DNA from: Dimorphilus gyrociliatus | Taxonomy: Eukaryota > Animalia > Annelida | NCBI GenBank assembly: GCA_904063045.1 | Contig: CAJFCJ010000002.1 | Location: 2,847,891-2,911,890 of the forward strand | Length of the DNA: 64,000 nucleotides | Direction: 5' to 3' | Shown: positions 13,702 through 27,127 of the stretch, in pieces | How positions within the stretch are numbered: the stretch's first letter is position 1 | Layout of the letters: each line of letters begins with the position of its first letter | The notes under the pieces: model-generated | Databases searched by the model: none | What the model saw: the letters and a program-made list of their open reading frames with translations, nothing else | Told to the model about the DNA's origin: nothing | Position numbers and translations under genes: made by a program

Positions 13702-13968
13702 GACGATTCTATTTATGATGCTAAAAAAATATTTTGTGAGGTGTATTTTAGGTTAAAACTAGACTAGAATTACTAGACGAGAATTCGTATTGCAAAAGAC
13801 ACTCGGAAGTCACGTGGTATCTCCGCACTCGTGTAGGGCACGTTGTATCATGATAGAATTATCTCGCTGTAGTTCTACTAAAAAATTATCTATTAGCGAA
13901 TTTTCTTTTAAACATCGACGTCATATACGTAACAAAGATTTAGTCAATCCTTAAGAAAAACTATCAAA
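13702..13968. promoter_or_regulatory. Bidirectional promoter SDR39U1/IFRD with overlapping ETS (CGGAAGT 13804-13810) and E-box (GTCACGTG 13809-13816)
   Basis: Head-to-head start codons 267 bp apart; motifs read directly, factor binding inferred. Confidence 0.5.
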
Positions 13969-16046
13969 ATGCCGAAAGGACGAAAGAAAGGTAAGCATAT
14001 TTTCAATGTATCACTTATGACGCAGTATCTGGTAGTTGAATATACAAAGCTCAGCTGTTTCAACGCCAGCATATTTTGAAAACACAAGATTAATAGGGAA
14101 ATATATTCCTATTAATATATTTTATCTGAAATATTCGCCTACCTTAGCAGTTACAGATAGGAATGAGAATGTTTACATAGGCTAAAATACAGCAAAATAT
14201 TAACCAAGTTGGTTCTATTATTCTAACTCAATGTCACAATTTTTGCCCTCTCCAGGTGGAAAAAAGAATAATAGAAATGGAGTTGATTCTGATGACGAAA
14301 TTGAAGGAATTGATAACGGAAGTGTTTACAGCAATCAAAGTGATTCACGTAGTGCTGGAACAGCAGATGGTTTTACAGATGATATCGATGAAACTAGCGT
14401 ACAAGAAAGCTTTGAAGACCGTCTAACAGATTTTATTGAAATGGCTGGTCAAAAAAGGTAGATTTTCTTTATATATGTCTCTTGAAGTCTTGAAATAAAG
14501 GTTTATATTTTTAAATCAGCGCCAAAGGACGAACTGATTGTTTAAATGCAATATCTGATGCTATGCGAAAAAAAATTCTGCTAGACTTTCTCTATGATAG
14601 GAAATTAACCGTAAGTGATGTGATCGAAAAGTGTCTAAAAAAAGGTAAAAGTGCTGAACAGTGTGCAGCTGCACATTGCTCAGCCCTTTTAGCTGTTCAG
14701 TTGGGCCTTAATGTGGATACGGAGGAAATGTTCAAAACATACAAGCCAATATTGACAACATTAATGCTCGACTCTTCGGCCGATTTGAGAGCTCGCGCAG
14801 CTGTAAGTACAACCTAAATTTTAGATTTCCTAATTTTCTTTCAATGTTACAAATGGTTATTTTTTTTTATTACTACCCTTTTTTCACATTTATTAAATCA
14901 ATCCAATAAATCAATAATCTTTTCAGTGCTCCTCCGCCTTAGGATTATGGGCAATGATTGGCGCAAGCGAAAATGCTGAGGAAATTCTGTCTGTTACACA
15001 AAGTCTGGCCAAAGTATTTAAGTCAAGTTTTCTGAAAGGTATTGTCCTCTTCAATTGTTAATTTTGTTTCTAAATATATGAATTATTCAAATAGGAGACA
15101 AAACCGCTCCTACGCACTCTCCGGAGGTGACAAATTTACACAATTGTGCTCTTATGTCTTGGGGTTTATTGATATGCTTATTACCCCAACAAAATGTTCA
15201 GGACATTGTGCATAAGTAAGTTTAAGATAAATAGCTGTTCGTAAAAATAGCCTTTCTTTTGTTCGTTTTGCAGTAATTTGCCGAGAATTCAAGAATTATT
15301 ATTGAGCGGTGATTTGGATTTGCGAATGACTGCTGGGGAAATAATTGCTCTTGTATATGAATTGGCTTCAGAAATTAATCAGGTAATGATTTTACTTTCA
15401 ATGATTTTAGGGTTTTAGGTAATTTTTAAAATTTTTGTAGAATTATCAAATTCCCTCTCATCGTATCCTCTGTGAGGAATTACGAGAATTATCCACCGAT
15501 AGTACAAAAAGCAAAGGCAAAAAGGAGAGGAGAACACAACGTTCAACATTTAGGGATGTTTACAAATATGTTGCGGTACAGTTATGCAATATTTGATTAA
15601 TATTTCGAAATTACTTTGAAAATTTTACAGAATGGTGAAATACCCTCAATAAAAGTACATTTTGGTTCCGAAATGCTACTTATCGAGCGGTGGACTGAAA
15701 AAAGGCAATATGATTTCCTTTGTACACTTTTGAAAAGTGGAATGAATTTACATCTTGCAGTAAATAATTTAGACATTGTTATATAACCATTATTAAACTA
15801 CTTGATTGCAGGAAAACGAATTTTTGAGAGATGTATTCAACTTAGGCCCTGTTATACCTACCGGATTGCCAAAAGAAAGTCGCGAGAGCAGAATTCAAAG
15901 GGTAAAATTTTAAATTATATGAAATTGCTGTATGAAACTTTCCTTTTTTTGAATAGACACTTCAAAATCAAGCGATTTCAAAATTAAGAACTCAAACAAG
16001 AGGAAAAAACCGTGATAAGCGCTCAGCGATTGTTCATGGAGAGTGA
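13969..16046 (+). CDS. IFRD1: Interferon-related developmental regulator (IFRD1/2 family); 10 exons
   Basis: MPKGRKK|G start, SAKGRTDCL, IEKCLKKGKSAEQCAAA, LDLRMTAGEIIALVYE, LRELSTDSTK, ENEFLRDVFNLGP, RTQTRGKNRDKR*; all junctions GT-AG and in phase. Confidence 0.92.
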
Positions 16047-16168
16047 TTTAACTGTTTATGTATTTATGTCATATCTTAGAGTTTATGACTACTATTCATG
16101 TGTGAATGCCTAAAATTAAATGCTTGAAAGTTTCTTTTAAATATAAAATATATGGTACATCAAAATAT

Positions 16169-16840
16169 CTAATCTACTTGTTCGTCATTCATTGCATCTA
16201 AACTTTCTTTTTCGTGTTCTTGCAAAGCATGAATTGCTCTGGCTGTTAAAACTTTAAAATGCCGAACAGTTTCGAGAGCACTCTCAACTTGCTTGTGAAC
16301 GCTTTTCATTTGCTCGAAATCATTCTTCTTGAAGGTTTCATGATCATAATGATGTTTATATTCACCACACGTTACTCTCTTCTTTTCCATTAAAAGCTTG
16401 TGAAAAAGAGGATACGGCTCTTGAAAAATAACCTCATCGTAGTGTTCGATTATCAATGGCTTTTTACCCAAAGTAATGTCAGGATCAGTGTGGAACAATT
16501 TCAATAAATGTGTCAACGTTACCGGTTTCTCATTCACATCAACAAAAAATATCTTAATTAAAACTTCAAATTCTCCCCATCCTGTTTCAGTAACTTCATA
16601 GGGAGGTTCAGTAACAGTTCTATTGTGATCATTGTAATCAGCATGCAATCTGAACACAACTTTTTTAACAAAAGGAGACATGCAGCAGTTATCGAAAGGT
16701 TTCACGAAGACTGTCCACTGGTGAGTATGACCATTTTCTGACTTTTTCCCGAAATATCGAGACACATTCCCATAAACGACAGGCTTCACAACCGTTGTTC
16801 CCTTCATTCGAGTGACAGTTTTTTCTTCTAAATCGTTCAT
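16169..16840 (-). CDS. YEATS4: YEATS domain protein 4 (GAS41/Yaf9); single exon, 223 aa
   Basis: [35 protein letters not shown]...KKVVFRLH...[14 protein letters not shown]; first ATG at 16840 (the ORF track start at 16864 is a TTG). Confidence 0.93.
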   Translation of the reverse strand: MNDLEEKTVTRMKGTTVVKPVVYGNVSRYFGKKSENGHTHQWTVFVKPFDNCCMSPFVKKVVFRLHADYNDHNRTVTEPPYEVTETGWGEFEVLIKIFFVDVNEKPVTLTHLLKLFHTDPDITLGKKPLIIEHYDEVIFQEPYPLFHKLLMEKKRVTCGEYKHHYDHETFKKNDFEQMKSVHKQVESALETVRHFKVLTARAIHALQEHEKESLDAMNDEQVD

Positions 16841-17228
16841 TATAGTATTTTTGATTGCCGACAAAATATAAACTGAAGTCGCTCAAATTAAACTGGTATA
16901 TTATTGGCGCATGCGCATTTTCCCATTTACAATTTTAAAACCGTTAGTAAACTTTAATTAGGAAATAAGTTATTTATTTTATTCGAAAACTTTATAAAAA
17001 CAATTTTTTAAAGCATTCAGTATAAATGTAATTATATACATTTGAAAAATACGGACTTCAGAACGAGAGCGGAAGTGGATGTTCTTTGATTCCTCGGCGG
17101 GAAGTGAAGAAACTGTTAGATCGTTTCAATATATTATTCTGAAGCATATTGTTTGATTGTATCTAAGTGATCCAAGCTATATTTCATTAATACTAGTACA
17201 CAAACATACTATAATTCAAGAATAAATT
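16841..17228. promoter_or_regulatory. Bidirectional promoter YEATS4/FANCD2 with NRF1 (GCGCATGCGC 16907-16916), CHR-like (TTTGAA 17041), ETS (CGGAAGT 17070) and E2F-like (GGCGGGAA 17096) motifs
   Basis: Motifs read directly in the 388-bp head-to-head gap. Confidence 0.5.
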
Positions 17229-20200
17229 ATGGATAGCTCAAGAAAACGAATTCTTATTCCATCTTCCATAAGGGGTAAACAAATTCCAACTAAAAATACA
17301 TTAATATTCAATATATCAAAATAACAAGCTAAACGAAGGAAGAGATCAGAATCTGAGGAAGACGACTCAACATTTACAAAATTTTTGAAATCTTGCGAAT
17401 TTTTTGTTAAATCTGGAGACGAACCTCATCAAATTTGTAAGTTTCCGCGGAACTTTTAAAAGTTTTACACTGAATATGTTCACTCAGGGATTGAACAAGA
17501 ATTATTTAAGAAGCGTCTTAGATCCAGATTTAAAAGTGAATTTGGTACCGAGGTCTGCTTGATTACGATGAATGAGCGTATATTTTAGTAAACTTGTTAT
17601 AGGCTGTACAAGCGTTTATGAAAGGCTTGGAAGAAAAATGTCGGCAATTAGTGACTTTTAGACGATGTCTGGTTCCCTCTATAACTCCTTCCGAAGCAGA
17701 TACAGCGTATGTAAATTTTTGACAGAACTAGATTAATTATAGACTTCCTACTTCAGTTCAAAAGGCAGGGCTCAAGATAGTCTTATTAAGCTGCTTTTAG
17801 GTGTTGACACTCTTCATATTCCCGTAATGAAATTTCTTCTTCATAAATTAGACGACTTCTGCGCTAACGAGTATTTTATTGCATACCGTTATACATTCAT
17901 AACGCTAATTTTACTGCATTAATTTATTTACTAGTTCTATTGATGATGGCCATGAAAACGTAAACTTTTCCAGTTTAATTTTAAATCATATGCGGTACTT
18001 GGAAAAAATTGAAAATACAGATGTAAACTTTGATTTTTTTAAAATTCAATACTTTTGAGTATTAGTTTTGCAGGAAGTTTTGGATAAACTCTTATCTATC
18101 ATACCAAAATCTTGTTTATCGGTAAAACGGGATATTGTTACCTCTCTTCCAGAAATGCTAGGGGATGACCTCCATGACAAAGCTGCAGATAAGTTAAGAG
18201 TAGTCTCTGAGGGAGATTTAGATTTAATATCTTCTGTCTTGGACGCTTTGTCGAATATGAACGTATGCGAAAATACCATCACCGAGGTAGTTTCTTGATA
18301 CACAATGTTAATCATTTTTAAGCATTTACTAAACATCTTGGTCAGGTGGGAGACCATGTTTTAGAGATAATTCAGCAATTACAATCCGACGATGTAGCTA
18401 TTGCTGTTCGATTTCTAATGCAGAACACGCCTTCAAAGCAATTACCTGAGGTCTGTTCTTCAATAAGGCGATTATTGAATTTCAATCAATTGAAGTCACC
18501 AAAGAACACTCCTCGTCCAAAATCTCAAAAGTTTGTCATACTTTGTTTGTTAAGTATATAATGGAATATTGGTTTGCAGAATTAAGAATCGAAAAATTGA
18601 TTCCGCGAGTCTCTTATTAAACACAGTGAAATCTGCAGTAAAATTTGAAAGAAAGCAAGCGGAAGCTTGGCTTAAGGTCTCGTTTATTTTCCTTTAATCT
18701 ACATAAAATAAAAACTCTTAAAATAAATTTAGGCAATTGAAAATGCTAACGAGCTATGTCCCTTCGATATGTGTCTTCTCTTTGTGCTGGATTCTTCCAA
18801 CTTGAGCAAACAAGCTATATCAACATTTAGAAATAAAATTAGGAATAGGCAAATTAATAATAATGTTATAGAGAGGACGTTTAACGGATACTCTAAAGTA
18901 AATCATAGAATAAGCCATTATCTTCATATTATTTTTTTAAATTACTAGGTTATCCAAAGCTACTTCACTTCAATTTTATTACTTGCGGATAACCTATTTA
19001 AAAGTAATGAAGATGTTCTAAACTCTTTCGGTTGCGACATGCTAAAACTTGCATTTCCTCATTTTGATTATTTTGAAAAACAGGTAAAAAATTAATATTT
19101 ACACAACCATATGAAAGAAAAATTATACATTTCAGGAAATAGTAAGAAATCTGTTTTCATATTTAGAGAGTACATCTCCTAATCAAGTAAATGCTGGATT
19201 AGATATTTTGTCCTACTTTGTTAACAATTACATTTCCGATATGGAGCCATTTACTATTTTTGTTCAAGTAAAAATTTAAACTATAATATCCGTATTATAA
19301 ATTAAGGATTTGGGTAAACAGGATGTTTTCAAGAACCAATTGAAAATTCTCCAGGCGATGACTATTACACAGCTGCAGAAGCTATTTTATATTCTATGCC
19401 TTCTAGCATTCGATGCGGAACAAAACGCATCACTGACAGTAAGTGCTCTAAAGCATAGATAACCTAACAGTCTTGTAAATTATTTATATAGGAAGACCTA
19501 AAAATAAGAATAATGAAGTTACTTGCCACGGACTCTGTTAAGTAAGCAATTTGCAAGCAATTAAAGATTATCTTCATTACAACACAAGAAAATGGATGAT
19601 ATAAAAAATTAATTTATATATATATATTTTTATATAATGTTTAGGAAAAAGAGTATTGGTATTATCGGTGCAATCCATGTGTTCCAATACCTTGGGAGAA
19701 GTAAAACTGATATCATTGATAGTGAGTCTAGTGATTATTTTGATAGCGAGAATTTGGAAGAGGTAACAAATTATACTTAACTTTAAGGAAATGTTGTTAT
19801 TTACTTCTTCGTTTTACTTAATAATAGGTAGAGAGATACTTTAACGTAATTAAGAATTGTTTGAAGTGCTGTCCTGAGGCTGAAATATTACTTTATGACG
19901 AATTAACTGAACTCATAAATAATGGTGGGCTCCATAAAGATGTTGAGGTAATTCTTCAAAGTGAAATGAAATATATTTATTGAACAAGATTCTTACAGAA
20001 ATTTATTCACGACCAAATATTATATAGTTTGAATAATACTTTTATTATCAAAGAAAATGATTTCGAGGAGTCACAGTAAGACTTAATTTTTGTATTTTGT
20101 TTTGCAAATGTAATAGTAAATATATCTATGATTGTCAGAGTTAAAGGTATAACTGCCGTAAAAGGTCTACAAATCGACTCAAAAAATTCAACAGTTTTAA

Positions 20201-23200
20201 ATATGTTTCCTGTTCTAGCCACCCTTAAAGATAACAACATAAAGTAAATATTAATTTGTTGTAGCATTTTCACATTTTTTTTCATCAGAACACAGGGATT
20301 ACTTTGCTTACCGGCTTATTGTCGCTTATTACAAACCATTGTTTTAAAAAGCAATAATACACTTCAAGATATCTCCCATATCTTAGGTTGGTTCGTACCA
20401 GTTCAACTATTTTTCCAAAAAAAATAAGCAAGAATTTTCAGGATGCTGTATAATTATTCCGGACTTGGAATTTGCAAAACAGTTCAAAACACTAACCTTT
20501 CAGCAGAAGGAAATATTTCTTGATTGCTGTTTTTACTTGGTGAACTGGTTTATCGAAGTATTCATTTTCAGGATGTAATTCTATTAATTATATTGATATC
20601 ATTTTATCCTTCTACAGTTGATTAATGCCTTTTGTCAAGAATTGAAAAGTCCAAAAGTAGCGACCAAGATAATTCGTAGATTACAGAATGTTATTGATAT
20701 TCGAAAAGTCATTGACAGCTGCCTATCAGGTTTGTCAAAAACAATACCGCTTGCAATATAATTTATAAAAATTCAATGATGAAAAATCAATATCATGATA
20801 TCAAATGATAATTATCAGATTACTTCACTTTCTATCTCATTAGTTTAAGTCTGAAATATTACATAATATTTTTCAAAAATATTCTTACTCTACAAATTCA
20901 TGAAAAAGATTTCATTTTATTTTTAGGAATAAAGGATTATAGTCCACCTTTAGCTTATGCCAATTTAGGAGAAAAAGTTACTCTTTCACTTACCTCAACT
21001 GTTACTAAAAAAAAAGCTACAAAAAAGTAATTTCTTTTAATTTTTTATTAAGTTCCAATTAAAATATCAATTTTTCAGAAAAGTTGACAAAAGTAACGAT
21101 ACTACCACTGACAACGAATCTATTTTTTCGATTGATAAATCTGTATGTATATGAAATAACAATTTATTCTCATCAAATGATTTTAATATTTTCAGGAAAA
21201 TTTTGATGATGATACTACGAGTACCGCTATTACTTCGTCAACCCAGTCTAAACAATTCCGTGAATTCTTTCGTGAAATGGATCTGCATAATTTGCGATTA
21301 ATAGAATTTGGAATATCTGATGATTCTTTGAAAATTAACATTTCAAGCTCTAATGTTGCAGAGGTTTTGAAAACGTATTTCATTTTTTCTTTATTTTAGT
21401 GAATTGTATTTTTCTCGAAACAGACAAACGATTCACTGACACTAAATCAGTTAGGTTATCTACTGGACGACTTCAAACAAAAACTAGATATTATTTTACC
21501 GTCTTCGTCAAGCTCACGACATTTTGGTTTTAAAACATCAAAAATTGGTGGATTAAAAAATTTTCTTCGAATTACGGACAGACAATTAGTTGAATTTTTC
21601 AACCAATTGCTTCCAACTTTACTTGAAATCCTGGAAAGGTCTACAGGAAAACTACAGGTTTATTTTTTCTATTGAAAAACATTTAGTTTATTCCCCTTTA
21701 CTTTATAGGAGAAGATAGATGAAAATGATGGTGTTCTTGATGGACCAGCCGTTAATTCTGTCGAAGGGCAACAACTAAATCTTTGTTATGAGAAACTTAT
21801 TAACATTTTATGCAGCTTTTTTTCTTGGTTTGTTTTTTTTGGATAAAGCATATGTACTACTTAAAAATTGTGATATTTAATATAGGAGTGGATTTAAACT
21901 ATCTAATAATAAAGCCCTCCTACAAAAAGCGGTTGAAATGATATCAGGAAGGATCAGCAGTAATACAGGAAATACAGAGTAAAGATATGTGTTTACCCTA
22001 ATAAATTGGATTCAGCCGTTCTTTTTTTTTGTACAGAAATGCTTTTATTTATTTTGCAAACTTGACAAAGTTCACAAATAGGCTATCAATCGCTGTGACT
22101 ATTTGTCGCATTCTCTTGAATTTGTTGGAAACATGTCGGTGTGATCCAGAAACTGAAAAAAATCGAATAGGTTCGTTAATATCGATGTCGCTGCTCATTG
22201 CTTTGTTCTTCTAATGTTTTTCATTTTAGCAAATCTTGCTGAAGAGTTTTTAAAAAGAGAATGGTGGGATGGGAAAGTTAAAGACAAAGGAGCTAAATAT
22301 CATGAAAATATTGACTTCTTTGTTGGGTAATATAGCAAAAATAATCAGGTTGAGATAATGTTTAATTAGTTTGCTTTCCTAAAGGATCTATTTGTCAAAT
22401 AAATCTCCAACTATGGATGTGCTATCCGATGTTCTTGAGGTAGGAATAAAAGAGTTGACAGATGACGGTCAGATCTCGGAAACATATCAAACTCTGAATA
22501 AGTTTGTAAATGATCTAATAATGGTAAATTCTAATTAAGCTTGTTTTTACTTTCAGATCAACGTTACCCATTTATTACAAGCATATGATGTCAACCCTTT
22601 TAGAGTCAATGCAAACAATAGGAAAGGCACGAGCCGCGGATGACTCTCAAACAAAATTGGAAATACTTAGACTTTGGATAAAGCATGCAAATTTTTTAAA
22701 CGTTCTGCTTGGATTAGTGAAAATGTTTGACTCACGTCAGATTTTACTAACGGTTTTCAAGGTATCCATTCTGGAGAATTATTATTATTTTGCTTAATCA
22801 AGTGTCTACTTTTTAGGTTGGAACAAAGATTTTAGACCTATTTAAGAAATTTGCTGTCAGTACATTAGACTGCCTTCTTAAATCCCACAAAGATAAATGT
22901 CTGAGTTTCATTACTGCTTTTAAAAAGTGTAATAGTCTGTTACAGCATTGCACGACTTATGTGAAGGTAATTATCATGTATTAGTTTATCAAGAAAATTT
23001 CAAGCTTCTCAATCGAAATAGGGAAGAGAGGACCCTGCGTTAGCTAATCATGTGCCTGTTCTGAAAAGTACAATGGAAGCCGTAATTTATAGTATCGAAA
23101 GCATGGTTTATCGGAATCAATGTGGAGATGCTTTTCTTATCGGTAATATGAAAAATAGAACACTTCAAGGAAGTGAAATTTATGATATGAATACGCAAGA

Positions 23201-23351
23201 AAGTGAAAGTGACGTTTTAGAGAAGTCCCCTGAAAATAATGCTGATGAAATGGCTTCTGATATAGAAGACGTAAGTAGCATTCTTTAAAAATCAAATTTT
23301 TACTCTTATTTGAATCTTTTATAGGATCAAGACATGTCTGCATCGCTGTAA
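17229..23351 (+). CDS. FANCD2: Fanconi anemia group D2 protein; about 35 short exons
   Basis: Exon chain traced in frame: QELFKKRL, QDSLIKLLLGVD, RDIVTSLPEMLGD, AEAWLK|AIE, EDLKIRIMKLL (Lys at 19516-19518 aligns with the human K561 monoubiquitination site), IGIIGA, ILLYDEL, NWFIE|LINAF, NMKNRTLQGSEI. The start codon is a best guess. Confidence 0.9.
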
Positions 23352-23706
23352 ACTTTTGACATTCTATTCAGAGGCGAAGTTTTACTTTAAGAATTCTTAG
23401 AAAATACAAAGTTTCATAAATTGTTTTACTTAATAAAACTTTTTCAAAGCTGAAAAATATTTCGTCTAATAAAAACACTTTCGGTGAATTTAAGCCATTT
23501 AAAATCACGACTATCAGATATCCCATCATGCGTGTATACTCTTACCGGTTTATATTTAGAAAAAGCAAAACACTAACCATTAATACACCAGTCCGGTTCA
23601 GCCTACATTATCGGACTACGTTTGCGAGTAAAAAATAGTGTGTCTTACAAATTTTATGAATTAAAAGAAATCCCGAAGCGGTTCATGAGTTTTTAAATCC
23701 GACAAT

Positions 23707-26700
23707 ATGTCTAAAAGTTTTGGAGATGACCTCTTTGAGGTATTTGATGAGGAACCAACGTCCGTTCTAAAGAACGATAATAGCACGTATGTAATATTTA
23801 AAAAACCACATGTTTTTACCTTTTGTAAAAGTCGTTGATCGGCTCCTCATTAAAATTTTTATAGGTCCACGATCAAACGGAAATCTTCTCAGTCTGATAA
23901 CGGTGAAAATGATGAACAAGAACCAAAAAAGCCCAAATCCATTTTTGATAAAATTAATGAAGTTAAAGATGAATACGTGACTATTGCGGAGGACGCTCCA
24001 AAGGAGTATGTGAATTAGTAATTATACATCTAAACAATAAATCAATTTTCTCATCTCAGGTCGACGGAAGAGGTGAAGCAGAGCTTTAGAGTTGACCAAA
24101 TTTATCAAACGGAGGATTGTACCCACGAAGTAGTTTTACCTGGCGAAGCCGAATTAGATTCTCTGAAAGCTGGAGAAAAACCGGCTAAGGAATACAAGTT
24201 TAATTTAGACACTTTTCAAAAGCAAGCTACAATGTGTCTGGAAAATTCTCAATCAGTCTTAGTGTCAGCTCACACTTCAGCAGGAAAAACAGTTGTAGCT
24301 GAATACGCAATAGCAATGTCTTTTCGCAATAAGCAGAAGGTTATTTATACAACACCTATCAAGGCTCTCTCGAATCAGAAGTTCCGGGAATTTCAAGAAG
24401 AATTTCAAGATGTTGGCCTTATGACTGGAGATACAACAATTAATCCTAATGCATCTTGTTTGATTATGACAACAGAAATTTTGCGTAGTATGTTATACAG
24501 AGGATCGGAATTAACGAGAGAAGTGGCCTGGGTTATTTTTGATGAAATTCATTATATGAGAGATAAGATGCGAGGAGTTGTTTGGGAAGAAACAATTATT
24601 CTACTCCCTGATAATGTACGATATGTCTTCCTCTCTGCCACTATTCCAAATGCTCGCCAATTCGCAGAATGGATAGTCTTTCTGCATAAGCAACCCGTTC
24701 ATGTTGTATATACAGAAAAACGTCCTGTACCCCTTCAGCATTATGTGTATCCATCAGGTGGAGATGGAGTTCATCTTGTGCTCAATGAAAAAGGACAATT
24801 TAAAGAGGACAATTTGTCAGTTGCAATGGACACTTTAGCGAAAGCAGGAGAAGCGGGAATGGGTGATCAAAGGGGAAGGAGGGGTGGAAACAGAGGACAG
24901 AATGAGAGCAACGTGCTGAAAGTCGTCCGAATGATAACTGAAAAGAGTTTCACTCCAGTAATTATTTTTTCATTTTCAAGAAAAGAATGCGAAGAGCATG
25001 CTGTTCAATTATCAAAGTTGGACTTGAACTCTGATACAGAAAAAGAGCACGTTGAAAAAGTTTTTAAAAATGCGATGATGTATTTAAGTGACGAAGATAG
25101 AAAATTACCCCAAGTTGACAATGTGCTACCTTTACTAAAAAAGGGCATTGGTAAGTTTGATAAGTTAAATATAATAATCAAATACGAATGAATTGTGTTT
25201 CTAAACAGGAATACATCATTCTGGTTTGTTACCTTTATTGAAAGAGACGATTGAAATTCTCTTTGGTGAAGGCTTAATCAAAGCTTTATTTGCCACGGAA
25301 ACTTTTGCTATGGGATTAAATATGCCTGCAAAAACTGTTGTCTTTACACAAACAGAAAAGTTTGATGGTGTTGATGTTCGCCCATTAACATCAGGAGAGT
25401 ATATACAGATGAGTGGACGAGCTGGTCGAAGAGGATTAGATGAAAAAGGTATAGTCATCATGATGATGAAACAGAGAGTTACACCAGCCGAAGTGAAAAA
25501 TATGCTTGGGGGAGCTGCTGATCCTCTGAATTCAGCTTTTCATCTCACATACAATATGGTTTTAAATCTAATGAGAGTAGAAGAAGTAAATCCAGAATAT
25601 ATGTTAGAAAGGTCATTTTATCAATTTCAAAACTATAGCTCTTTACCTGCTCTAGAAAGACAATTAAAAGATCTAGAAATGAAGTATGTTTCATTTAAAA
25701 TTCCAAGAGAAAGTGAAATAGAAAGCTATCATAAGTTGAGAAGACAATTAAAACACCGCGAAAAAGAATTACTGTCCTACACTCAAAAAGCTAAATATAT
25801 AGTTCCTTGGTTAAAAGTTGGTCGTTTAATCGAAGTGAAACATGATGATACATATTTTGGTTGGGGAGCAGTTGTCAATGTCTATCAGAAAACATTAAAG
25901 GAAGATGTAACGGAAAGACGTTACTTTGTTGATGTTATGTTAGATTTAGATCCTTCTTGTTTGAGAAATTTTAAACAAGGAGGTAATCCAAAACCTTCTG
26001 ACGGAAAAAATGGTGAAATGTGTGTTATTCCAATTACGTTAAAAACAATACAAGCCGTTAGCCAGATTCGTATTCTACTTCCTGATGATCTGAAATCTAA
26101 AGATAAGAGACAACGCGTAAAAAAAGATATAGATGAAGTTAGACGACGTCAAAAAGATGGTATACCTCTCCTCGATCCCCAGGAAGACTTTGGCATTAAA
26201 GAGGAAGGCTTTAAAGAAGTGCTGAAAAAGATAGAAGCTCTTGAGAAACGGTTGTACTCTCATGTCTTAACAAATGATTCTCAATTAGAAGATTTGTACA
26301 ACTTATTTGAATCCAAAATGTCCATTGGTGATGAAGTAAGAAAAATTAAAAGTCAGTTAAAAGCAAAGAAAAGTCTACTGCAGATGGAAGAATTAAAATG
26401 CCGTAAAAGAGTTCTCCGACGATTAGGCTATGCCACGGCACAAGATGTAATTGAGATCAAAGGAAGAGTTGCTTGTGAGATTGACTCTGTTGATGAATTA
26501 TTGGTTACTGAACTTCTTTTTGAAAATATGTTTGATGATCTCTCTCCATCAGAAGTTGCAGCCGTTATGAGTTGTTTTGTATTTGACGAGAAGTGCTCAG
26601 AAATGCCTAAGCTAACAGATACTTTATCAGGTTAAAAGTTTTAGAAAGATACTTTTTGTTTAATATTAACTAGTCTTTTTATAGGGACACTCAGGAAAAT

Positions 26701-27090
26701 CCAAGAAGCAGCAAGAAAGATAGCTAAAGTTTGCATTGATGCGAAAATCGAGTTAGATGAAGAGGAATATGTTGAGAGATTGAAACCATACTTAATGGAT
26801 ATTGTTTATGCTTGGTGCGAGGGAGCTCAGTTTTCAAAGATATGCGAAATGACAGATATTTTTGAGGGTAAGTGATAAAATGCAATTCAAATTTCAAACT
26901 TCTGCGAATTCTTACTTTAATTATATTGACAGGGTCAATCGTTCGATCTATGCGTCGACTCGCAGAAGTTATGCGTCAGTTAGTTTGTGCGGCAAAAGCA
27001 ATTGGCAACACGAATCTTGAAAATAAATTTTCAGAATCTATTCGTTTGTTGAAGAGAGATATTGTCTTTGCTGCTAGCCTATATTTGTAA
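23707..27090 (+). CDS. MTREX: Exosome RNA helicase MTR4 (SKIV2L2/MTREX); 6 exons
   Basis: [13 protein letters not shown], Walker [14 protein letters not shown] box, [36 protein letters not shown]/arch region, C-terminal [13 protein letters not shown]-like end ([13 protein letters not shown]). Confidence 0.97.
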
Positions 27091-27127
27091 ATTTTTGTTT
27101 CACATGAAAAATTTGTTAAAATGAAGA

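Noticed and set aside
23352-23706. Possible FANCD2-MTR4 operon (355-bp same-strand gap)
   Set aside because: The gap contains AATAAA signals followed by a CpG-containing promoter-like patch, so independent transcription is the simpler reading.
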